64,000 bases of DNA, taken from the IMG/VR virus record IMGVR_UViG_3300030061_003198. One strand, written 5' to 3'. The DNA is from a virus. A program made the position numbers and the translations under genes. Positions 18,504 through 27,433 of the stretch are shown here, piece by piece. The notes under the pieces are model-generated. The model did not search any database. It saw nothing but the letters and a program-made list of their open reading frames with translations, and had not been told where the DNA came from. The first letter of the stretch is position 1. Each line of letters starts with the position of its first letter.

Positions 18504-21109
18504 TACGTCATTCCTTGATACCATACAAATATTTTAGTTTGATCTGGGATTGATAGATGTTTACCAGACCCTGAAAAGAATGCAGCTGATGCGGTGCTTG
18601 ATACTGTTAATGATCCTGTTATTTGTAAATTGTTAGTAGTTGCAAAATATGATCCAGTTTCGTGGAATATACTTCCTCCGCCAGCGCTTGGTAAATTTGT
18701 TAAACCAGATCCATTCCCTATAAAGCTTCCAGAAAATAAAGATGCAGAAACTGTACCTAATATAGTAACTCCTTGTGTTCCGGAGCCTGATATATATAAA
18801 CTACCCGATAATATTGTATTTCCATTTACGTCTAAAGTGGATCTAGGATTTGTTTTATTAAGTCCAAAATTACCTCCACCATTCCAATATGATTGACTTG
18901 TAGGTCCAACTATAAATTTAAGATTGGGAGAGTCATTATTTGAATTTTCTAGATAAACCCCAAATGTTCTACGTTCTGTTACTGTTGTTGTGCCTTCATT
19001 TTGATCATTAGCTACTAAAGTAATAGAACTTATAGCAGTAGCAGTAGGTTGAGCATTTATTCCTATTGCAATACTACCTCTACCTGTACTAGTACCACTT
19101 CCTGCACCAGCTCCTATTGTAATTGAATCTAATCCAGCTCTTGCAACTTCGCCAATACCAATACCTTTCATATCAGCAAAAGCTCCATCTCCTATAGCAA
19201 CTGCGCCTTCTGCATTTGCAGTTGTTCCTAAAGTAGCTGAATTACCTATTAAAACAACATTTGCTCCTACTCCTGATGTTTGTCTAATTCCTCCAAATAC
19301 ATTTAATGAACCTGTAATTGTTCCGGAGCCTGATATATATAAACTACCTGATATTACTTGATTTCCATTAAATGTATTTGATCCTGTAATTGCATATGAT
19401 GAAGTTTGTGAATTGGTTACAAATGAAGACGTCTGAGAATTGGTTACAAATGATGAAGTTGCTGAACTAGTAACAAATCCTAATGCACTAATTTGGGTTG
19501 ATCCAGATACTGTACCAGCTGGTATAGTTATTATATTTAGAGCATGAGATGCAGTAACTGCAAAACTTGATGTCAATACCGACATCGAAGATGTCTGTGA
19601 ATTGGTTACAAATGATGAAGTTTGTGAATTGGTTACAAACGATGATGTCTGCGAGTTTACTACAAACGAAGCGGTTGCACTATTTGCTACTACATTTGCT
19701 GTTTGTGCATATGATGATAGATCTTGATCACCTGTATTGGTTCCTGATAAATTTGAACCTAATACTGTGCCAGTTGCTAATACGTTTCCTGCTACTATAT
19801 TTAATGATCCGCTAATATTTACACTACCAGATACTGTTAAGAATCCATTTTGTATTACAGACCCTGTGATAATAGATAGTGTTCCTCCCAATCCCATATT
19901 TGCATGGTTAGTGCAATAGTAATATAGAGTAGGAGTAGAATTAGTTACAGATATCTGCGTATATGCTCCTGCAGATCCAGGACTTCCTGCAATAGTAACT
20001 CCGGTTGAATAATTAGATGATCCACCGGTGTCGGTTGAAAATCTTAGCGGATGGCTTCCTCCACTTCCGTTTGATGCGTCTGATTGGTCAAATTTATATG
20101 AATTTCCTGCAGTTAGACTTATAGACGATGTTATAGTTCCATCTAGATAATACTTATTACCTCCTCCTGGATCGACTACTGTTACTGCAATTGATGATGT
20201 TGATCCATTACCAGGTACTACGCTACCTGACAAATTTGTTATAGTTAAGTTGTCAAAACTAGCTGTAGATGAATTTGTTAAAAACGATGATGTTTGTGAG
20301 TTTACAACAAATGAAGATGTCTGTGAGTTCACAACAAATGAGCTTGTTTGTGAATTGGTTACAAAAGATGCTGTTGCTGAGCTACTAATAAATCCAAAGG
20401 CTGTTATTTGTGCCGAACTAGATATTGTTCCTGATGGTGTACTTCCTCCTCCAATTAAAAATGAAGCTGTAGCTGCGAAACTCGCAGATACTACTGTTCC
20501 TAATAAAAGAGATGCTGTTGTTGCAAAGCTTGAACTTAAAACGGTCATCGATGAAGTTTGTGAATTAGTTACAAATGAAGCAGTTGCCGAACTTGTTACG
20601 AATCCAAATGCAGTTATTTGAGCAGAGCTAGATACAGTTCCTGCAGCTGCAGATCCGCCTCCTACTGAAAAATCAGCTCCAGCAATTGTAATAGTAGTTA
20701 AAGCAGTACCTGGTGATCCACCTGGATTTGCAACTACTGTTGTTCCGCCACCGCCACTAATACCAGTTAATGCAGATCCGTCTCCTTGGAATGAACCAGA
20801 AAAAGATCCGGAGAATTGACTTGCGTCGAATATAACAGTATCGCCTAATGAAGAATCTCCAATCGTTAATATATTGCCATTAGCAGATATTTTACCACCA
20901 CCCATCAATTTTAATGTTGATTCTGCAGCCGGCAGTCCAATTTCAACATCACCTGCAGTACTTTGATCTCCTAATATAATATCATTATTAGATCCAGATT
21001 TTGGTAATATAACTAAATCTCCAGATCCAGAAACAAATATTTCACCCATTAGGTGTCCAATTGTATTAAAAAATTGTATTTTTTCGTTATTTAGTATCTG
21101 GTATTTCAT
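18503..21109 (-). CDS. Tail fibre-like protein with SFVTNSQTS repeats, cupredoxin-like module and YadA-like repeats
   Basis: Ser/Gly/Thr-rich; HPLRF...YYCTNHANMG; AVAIG/SITIG/SIAIG repeats. Confidence 0.7.
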   Translation of the reverse strand: MKYQILNNEKIQFFNTIGHLMGEIFVSGSGDLVILPKSGSNNDIILGDQSTAGDVEIGLPAAESTLKLMGGGKISANGNILTIGDSSLGDTVIFDASQFSGSFSGSFQGDGSALTGISGGGGTTVVANPGGSPGTALTTITIAGADFSVGGGSAAAGTVSSSAQITAFGFVTSSATASFVTNSQTSSMTVLSSSFATTASLLLGTVVSASFAATASFLIGGGSTPSGTISSSAQITAFGFISSSATASFVTNSQTSSFVVNSQTSSFVVNSQTSSFLTNSSTASFDNLTITNLSGSVVPGNGSTSSIAVTVVDPGGGNKYYLDGTITSSISLTAGNSYKFDQSDASNGSGGSHPLRFSTDTGGSSNYSTGVTIAGSPGSAGAYTQISVTNSTPTLYYYCTNHANMGLGGTLSIITGSVIQNGFLTVSGSVNISGSLNIVAGNVLATGTVLGSNLSGTNTGDQDLSSYAQTANVVANSATASFVVNSQTSSFVTNSQTSSFVTNSQTSSMSVLTSSFAVTASHALNIITIPAGTVSGSTQISALGFVTSSATSSFVTNSQTSSFVTNSQTSSYAITGSNTFNGNQVISGSLYISGSGTITGSLNVFGGIRQTSGVGANVVLIGNSATLGTTANAEGAVAIGDGAFADMKGIGIGEVARAGLDSITIGAGAGSGTSTGRGSIAIGINAQPTATAISSITLVANDQNEGTTTVTERRTFGVYLENSNNDSPNLKFIVGPTSQSYWNGGGNFGLNKTNPRSTLDVNGNTILSGSLYISGSGTQGVTILGTVSASLFSGSFIGNGSGLTNLPSAGGGSIFHETGSYFATTNNLQITGSLTVSSTASAAFFSGSGKHLSIPDQTKIFVWYQGMT
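19398..20600 (-). repeat. Clusters of 24-nt/8-aa tandem repeats (SSFVTNSQT)
   Basis: Degenerate tgtgaattggttacaaatgatgaagt units at about 19400-19460, 19590-19680, 20265-20375 and 20550-20585. Confidence 0.85.
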
Positions 21110-21122
21110 ATATTAATAAATA

Positions 21123-24100
21123 TCATAATTTAATTTTATTGAACTTATAAATTTGTGTTAAATCAGATGTTTGTTGCAATACTCTATTTCTTCCTGCGGA
21201 GTTTGTAAATGGAGTGTTCTGTGATGTTATATAATGTTTTTGATTATCAAATAATTTTAAGAAATCCATATTGCTGTATTGTATATGTATTTTTGATACA
21301 TCTGGAGTTACAATTTTAAAATTTAAATCTTTAAATGAACAAATCAATCCTATGGGCATATAATATTGTCCTTTAACATAAAATGAAAATGTATATGTAC
21401 CTTTATTTAATGTATATTGCTTATTGGTAGCTATTGTAGTTAAGTCTAATTGATTTAATCGAATAACATCTAAAATAGTATTAGTTGTTTGATTTTCAAA
21501 TATCCATTCATGTTGGGATTGAGCATAAGCATTATATTGTGGTTGGGCGTAACTAGAATATGCTGAGTCGCCGAACATAGCTTGTAATGTTGTTTTATAT
21601 ATAAAATTAAAATCTATACGTACTGGGGTATTATCCTCTGATACTTCAAAATGACAAGCTATATGTCTAGCTGTTTCTGTTGTTCCGCCAGAATCTGGAT
21701 TTGGTAATGTATCTCCTCTCCAATATAATTCATATAATCCATCGGTTTTAAAGGTATCAGTTTTAACAATTTGAACTTGAGCTGTATTACTAGCTTTAAT
21801 TAATACATAATCTCTATTTCCAAATCTCCTAGAGTCTGAGCCTTTGAAGAAGATTGGATTTGTGCCTTGACCTGGATATGTTCCTAATGTCGATTGGCCT
21901 CGGCCGGTATAGGTATCTACGTACCCCAATTGAGAGCTGCGCATTCTAGGATTTGCTGCAGATGGATAATAAAATACATTATTTGTGTTATTTTTAAAAT
22001 TATTTCTTGTATTCATTTCATAATCTATTAAAGGGCCATTAACGGCGCTTTCAAGATAATTATCTCTCCAGTTCCAATTGTATTCTTCAGGAAAAATATT
22101 ATTACTAGTATGTATAACATTTGATAAATCTGATATTGCATTATATCCTCTATCAACACGAATTCCGCCTGTTAAAGCATGATTACGTTGATAACCTCCA
22201 ATCATAAATGTATTTTGTAAATATACTTTTCCAGTAGCTTGCGAGGTACCTAATCCATATTGATCTATAGGTACATTAACACCGCCGGTTATACGATGTT
22301 GTGCTACGCAAAAATTAATTACATTTTTTTGTTTTCTTGGATACATAAATCCTAAATAAGTAGTGCTTCCATATGTCATAAAAACATTGAATGCTAATAA
22401 TTGGGATGGAGCAGATGGATTTGCTGTTGGGATAGCTTGTAATGTATTATGAGTTAAAATATTACGATACAACCCAGGTTTCATATGAGAAACATAACTT
22501 TCTTGATTTAAGAACATTCCTATATCTTCATAAGTTCGTATACCTTCATATTCATTACCATTATAATTATATATTGCTCCATTTTTAAATGTTACATTAC
22601 ATAATTGTTGAGTTACATTATCACTTGAATATGTATATATAAAGAATGGGGCTGCTCTATCTCCAATTAATGTTACTTGTCCTCTGTTATATTTGTATGC
22701 CATTGTACCAACACCAATATGTTCATGTGTTATTGGTCTGTCTAATGTTACTATATTATTATTAATAGCTATTATATCATAATAACGATTAACTCCTCCT
22801 AAAGCTTGCTCATCCGGAGTTGATTTATCATAATACCCGGTCATATTGTGTACGTTTGTATAATTTTGCCAAGTTGAGTTATCTGTAGCAGTTGCGATAT
22901 GACCGGTGGAATTCATTTGTTTACTCCAAAAGAATATTTGATCTCCAATTGCAAAGTTTTTTACATTAGCTAATTCTACTTGACATAAAGAAGAAGTTGG
23001 GCCGCCATAGGCATCAACACAACTAGCAGATGGAGGAGCATTATCTAATGATCCAGAAAAATTATATGCTCCAAAGAAAGCGTGCCTATAATATAAAGCA
23101 TTAGATGTTCCGCCACGTGACTTATATTTTACATAACGTTTATTTACGGATCCGGAAGGGAAAGTATAATAACGTATTGCGCCTCTATATGTAGATCTTC
23201 TTGTATCATCTAAAAGTCCAACTACTGTTTGCCAAGCTGGAGTAGCTACGCCAATATCATCGCAAACTTGAAATGTAATATCATTCATTTGGTTACTAGT
23301 ATCTCTTTCAAACCCATATGCATCTTTAGAAAATACCATTCCAATTGTATCAAATTCTACTTGGGTTCTAAAATCATATATAATATAAAAATTATCATTT
23401 GATTGACCATAACTCCAATAGCTAGGATTATTCGATCCACGTGGAACTAATGTTGCTCCTTTATTATATCTGTCAGATGAATATCGATATGCATTAACAC
23501 TAGGTAAACTAGTGCCACCAGCGGTTGTACCAGTATAACATGTTGCATACATGTATGGTAAAATAGATGTGTCGCCTTTTTTATACTCATAGTCCCATAA
23601 TAAATTTTTAAATCCTTTTGCGTCAACTACTTCTGTTGCAATAAATTTACTGCGTTTATTTGCATATTGATTATATAACAATCCGCCTTCTTTTATTTTG
23701 TCACGATATGTAAATGAATCTTGTGTATCTAATATTAACATTTGCCATTTTGTTTTAATATTAACGCTATGAATCGATCCATATTGTCCTAGAGTTAGAC
23801 CAAGCCTTCCCCTAGGCATTTCAGTCTCTTTTTTGTCTATTAAAATTTCTCTACCTTTTGGATCTCCTAAATATGTTGTTTTAAGATTATCATCAAAAAC
23901 TATTCTTAAATGAGCACTACCGCCTGTTTTACTACCTCTTTGTGATTCTAATGATGCAGTTACTGAATGCCAGCTAGCAGTTAAATTATTTACAACAGGC
24001 CGCATATCAAAATTAGTGCTAGTTACATCGTTGTAATTTATAGCATTTTGTCGATATTGATATCTAAATGGCGTTGCTGGATTATTATATTGAGAATAAA

Positions 24101-27100
24101 GATTTATTGAGCCTGATATATTAGAAGCAGAACAAGGAAAGTTTCCAAAGTTAAATCCTTGGGAGTAAACTGTTCCTGCAGATTGCACTACTCGGCCACC
24201 ATAGTTTCCTGATATGGTTGTTCGATCCATATATGGCCAAGGAGTTTGATATGCATAATCTAGATCTCCATAAGTACTTCCATAACTATCTTTTCGACTA
24301 GGTGGTGAGAATGGAATACATCCATTTACTACGCCAAAAAATGTTGATGTGTACATTGCTTGACTCGATGTAGGATCATATAATCCATTTCTTAGCAAAC
24401 TTCCAGAAACTATTATTTCTCCCCTTTGAAAATTTGAGGTATCTTTTAATTGGTATTCTCCTGATATGTAATTAGTGGTATATATAGAATGGTATCTATA
24501 TGTCTGATTGACGCTTCCATTTGTTCTATCCATTCTATATGATGGATGTACATTATACCAAGTATATGCTTGAGTCGGATCCAATTGTAATGATCGGTAT
24601 CCTTGATTCGATCCTGATTTTTGTGCATAATTTAAAGCATTATATGCATTACTATTAAAAGATGCAGAGTCAGGAAAATGTCTACTTCCTCTATATGATC
24701 CTGTTATTAATAGTCTATCTTTCATGAACAGTTCAGTGAAATATGTACTAGGTTGTGTTATACCATATGTGCTAGAATTAGTTGGCCAGATGGAAGATGC
24801 AGAATAATCATTTTCTAATAGATCAAATACTTGATTTAATGCTGGTTGATTTGATGATGTAAATTCATAAAAATGTGATTGCGATAAATATGTAGTAGCA
24901 TGTAATACATTATATGCACTACCACTTATAACTAATTTATCACCTGTTTGGAAATTTAAATGTGTACTATCTACTAATACAACACGCTTAGATCCAATAT
25001 AATTAGAATCTGGAGCTTCTTTAAATGTTTCTGTAAAATCATTATGTGTATACAATCCCATATTTGATTGTATCTCTCCCTCTTTTCCATACATTTTACC
25101 TACTGTAATATAATCGCCGCTCATTGACATTATTTGTACAATTTCATCTGTTTCAAATGCATGATCATATGATCTTTCTATATAATATTTACCGTCAGTA
25201 CTTGTATATCCGCCAACTGCATCTGTCCTTGGACGATTGTAAACGCTGAATTGTGGACTGGCGTGTCTATTTGCAAATTGATCTGAACTAGCTGACCACC
25301 ATGTATTTGGATCATTTTCATCAATATAGTCTAAACCAAAATCAGTATTTTTAGCATGTATTTTAATTGATCCAGTCGATTCTAAAGATATATAATCACC
25401 TACTCCAAAAGTATTTTGTGCATCGGTAATTCGTATTGTTGTGTCGCCGGCGCTAGCTGCTTCTGTTAGTATAGACGATGAATAATTTGCTGATCCTGAA
25501 ATTATTACTGATGTATAATTTTGTCTTTGATATATTCCTGATTCATAATTAGGAACTAATGATGTTCTACTAGAACTTAAATGTATTGTTGCTTGATCTG
25601 TTACTAATAATGTTGATCGAACTGCATAATCGTACATATCAATACTAGGATAATATGTACTATCTTCTAGATCATGTATTGTAATTTTTGATTGATCTTT
25701 TACATGAAAATGGGTAAAGCCGCCCATTTCAATACGTCCTACCTCCCAATGCTGACTACCTGTTAATTCCCATTGTTGCATTAAAGTATCACTATAAAAA
25801 GTATTGCTAGTTCTCCACATTGCACCGTTGACTTTATAAGTATTCGATCCAGTTAATGGAGCATACAATGGAACATGTATCACAGATTCTGTAGTATATA
25901 AAGAGTAATTTGTATCAATATTTATTCCACGCATATAGCTTGTTTGTGGATCTTGAAGATTAATTTTTACTATTTGATGATTACCAGGTCCAAGGCCTTG
26001 GTAAAACATATTAGCAGTATATGCATATATATGGCCTGAGCCAGTTATGAATTTTGAGTAATAACCACTATTTGAAGAAGTATATGGGGTTCCGTATTTA
26101 ATACTAGCAGTTCCTTCTGGAAACCATATAGGATATTCCATATTTCTTAATGTGTCTCCGCTTCCACTAAACCCACCTGTTACAAAGCCATATGCATGTG
26201 CCGCGCGGAGGTAACCACTAGTGTCAGTTCTAGTCATATTATAACTAGCAGCATTAACATATCCAAATGACGGTCCACTAGTATGATTCGAGTTTCGATA
26301 TTCGCTACCAGTAGTTGTAAATACAGTGAAACAGTTTAAATTATTTAGGTATGCGTTATTGTTATTTGTTAGTCCCCGAGCGTTATGAGGACCACGGATT
26401 TCCCATCTTCCTCCATTTGAAACATGTAATGCAGATCCAGTAAATAAATCAACCATTCTATCAGTCATTGGATAGCCTTCATTAGCTGCTAGCCAATCTT
26501 CTTTGCTAACACCAAATGCTCTACTTCTTGTGTAATATGTTTCTCCGACTAATCCTAATGGTTCTGCAATTGTTACCCCATCAATAGTAAATGATGTATC
26601 ATTGACACCATCATAATACAAATAATATGTTGAAGCATACATGAAGTATCTATTAGGCAATCGGTCAGCGTTATTTACATTGAATGTGTCACGATATAAC
26701 CAGTTCCATTGATTTTCTGAGGTTGCATTGTAACTATGTGTTGTACCATATGTACTATTACCATTTACATTATTGTATGCTCCTCTAAAATATGATTCAG
26801 TTCCACTTGCACCATATGCATATGCACTTTGAGCATAGGTACCACCAGGTATATCATTAACAATTCCTGGGAATTGTCTTTGTATTATATTCCATTTACT
26901 AGAAGAATATGAATAATTAGGGTGATTAAAATGAATTGGTAGTATCAGTTCTCCGTCATATGCATTACTATTGTTTTTGCTTGTGGCGCCTAAATAGATG
27001 TTATTTTCATAGGAGGTATAAACGGATGCCATTCGTTTAAATCTTGCTACATCTTCCTTACCAGGTACTACTCCACCTTCCCAGTTTTTAGGGTCTAACG

Positions 27101-27149
27101 GATTCCAACATTGGGTAGTTGGATTATATATTGATTGTATTATTGCCAT
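21123..27149 (-). CDS. Very large (2008 aa) putative tail spike/fibre or receptor-binding protein
   Basis: Long Tyr/Asn/Ser/Thr-rich ORF in the fibre cluster; N-terminal NWEGGVVPG. Confidence 0.55.
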   Translation of the reverse strand: MAIIQSIYNPTTQCWNPLDPKNWEGGVVPGKEDVARFKRMASVYTSYENNIYLGATSKNNSNAYDGELILPIHFNHPNYSYSSSKWNIIQRQFPGIVNDIPGGTYAQSAYAYGASGTESYFRGAYNNVNGNSTYGTTHSYNATSENQWNWLYRDTFNVNNADRLPNRYFMYASTYYLYYDGVNDTSFTIDGVTIAEPLGLVGETYYTRSRAFGVSKEDWLAANEGYPMTDRMVDLFTGSALHVSNGGRWEIRGPHNARGLTNNNNAYLNNLNCFTVFTTTGSEYRNSNHTSGPSFGYVNAASYNMTRTDTSGYLRAAHAYGFVTGGFSGSGDTLRNMEYPIWFPEGTASIKYGTPYTSSNSGYYSKFITGSGHIYAYTANMFYQGLGPGNHQIVKINLQDPQTSYMRGINIDTNYSLYTTESVIHVPLYAPLTGSNTYKVNGAMWRTSNTFYSDTLMQQWELTGSQHWEVGRIEMGGFTHFHVKDQSKITIHDLEDSTYYPSIDMYDYAVRSTLLVTDQATIHLSSSRTSLVPNYESGIYQRQNYTSVIISGSANYSSSILTEAASAGDTTIRITDAQNTFGVGDYISLESTGSIKIHAKNTDFGLDYIDENDPNTWWSASSDQFANRHASPQFSVYNRPRTDAVGGYTSTDGKYYIERSYDHAFETDEIVQIMSMSGDYITVGKMYGKEGEIQSNMGLYTHNDFTETFKEAPDSNYIGSKRVVLVDSTHLNFQTGDKLVISGSAYNVLHATTYLSQSHFYEFTSSNQPALNQVFDLLENDYSASSIWPTNSSTYGITQPSTYFTELFMKDRLLITGSYRGSRHFPDSASFNSNAYNALNYAQKSGSNQGYRSLQLDPTQAYTWYNVHPSYRMDRTNGSVNQTYRYHSIYTTNYISGEYQLKDTSNFQRGEIIVSGSLLRNGLYDPTSSQAMYTSTFFGVVNGCIPFSPPSRKDSYGSTYGDLDYAYQTPWPYMDRTTISGNYGGRVVQSAGTVYSQGFNFGNFPCSASNISGSINLYSQYNNPATPFRYQYRQNAINYNDVTSTNFDMRPVVNNLTASWHSVTASLESQRGSKTGGSAHLRIVFDDNLKTTYLGDPKGREILIDKKETEMPRGRLGLTLGQYGSIHSVNIKTKWQMLILDTQDSFTYRDKIKEGGLLYNQYANKRSKFIATEVVDAKGFKNLLWDYEYKKGDTSILPYMYATCYTGTTAGGTSLPSVNAYRYSSDRYNKGATLVPRGSNNPSYWSYGQSNDNFYIIYDFRTQVEFDTIGMVFSKDAYGFERDTSNQMNDITFQVCDDIGVATPAWQTVVGLLDDTRRSTYRGAIRYYTFPSGSVNKRYVKYKSRGGTSNALYYRHAFFGAYNFSGSLDNAPPSASCVDAYGGPTSSLCQVELANVKNFAIGDQIFFWSKQMNSTGHIATATDNSTWQNYTNVHNMTGYYDKSTPDEQALGGVNRYYDIIAINNNIVTLDRPITHEHIGVGTMAYKYNRGQVTLIGDRAAPFFIYTYSSDNVTQQLCNVTFKNGAIYNYNGNEYEGIRTYEDIGMFLNQESYVSHMKPGLYRNILTHNTLQAIPTANPSAPSQLLAFNVFMTYGSTTYLGFMYPRKQKNVINFCVAQHRITGGVNVPIDQYGLGTSQATGKVYLQNTFMIGGYQRNHALTGGIRVDRGYNAISDLSNVIHTSNNIFPEEYNWNWRDNYLESAVNGPLIDYEMNTRNNFKNNTNNVFYYPSAANPRMRSSQLGYVDTYTGRGQSTLGTYPGQGTNPIFFKGSDSRRFGNRDYVLIKASNTAQVQIVKTDTFKTDGLYELYWRGDTLPNPDSGGTTETARHIACHFEVSEDNTPVRIDFNFIYKTTLQAMFGDSAYSSYAQPQYNAYAQSQHEWIFENQTTNTILDVIRLNQLDLTTIATNKQYTLNKGTYTFSFYVKGQYYMPIGLICSFKDLNFKIVTPDVSKIHIQYSNMDFLKLFDNQKHYITSQNTPFTNSAGRNRVLQQTSDLTQIYKFNKIKL

Positions 27150-27430
27150 TATAACGTTTCATTAAAATTTTGAATTGATTCTTTTACTAATTCTAACCAT
27201 TTAATAAAGTCTTTAATATAAGCTATATTGTCCATTTCTGCTTTTTTGTAATTATCAATTGACGTTTGTATAGACTGTAATAACGTTATAATATCGTCTT
27301 TATTATAATTATGTGTTAATGAAATTGTATGTGATTCTTGATTGATCTCAATTGTAGTATCAGTACTAAGTGCATATAGTAATGTTACTTCTGGAGTCAT
27401 TATAGTTTCTAGTGCTTCGATTGATTGCAT
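27149..27430 (-). CDS. Hypothetical protein
   Basis: 93 aa, coupled to both neighbours. Confidence 0.6.
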   Translation of the reverse strand: MQSIEALETIMTPEVTLLYALSTDTTIEINQESHTISLTHNYNKDDIITLLQSIQTSIDNYKKAEMDNIAYIKDFIKWLELVKESIQNFNETL

Positions 27431-27433
27431 AAC

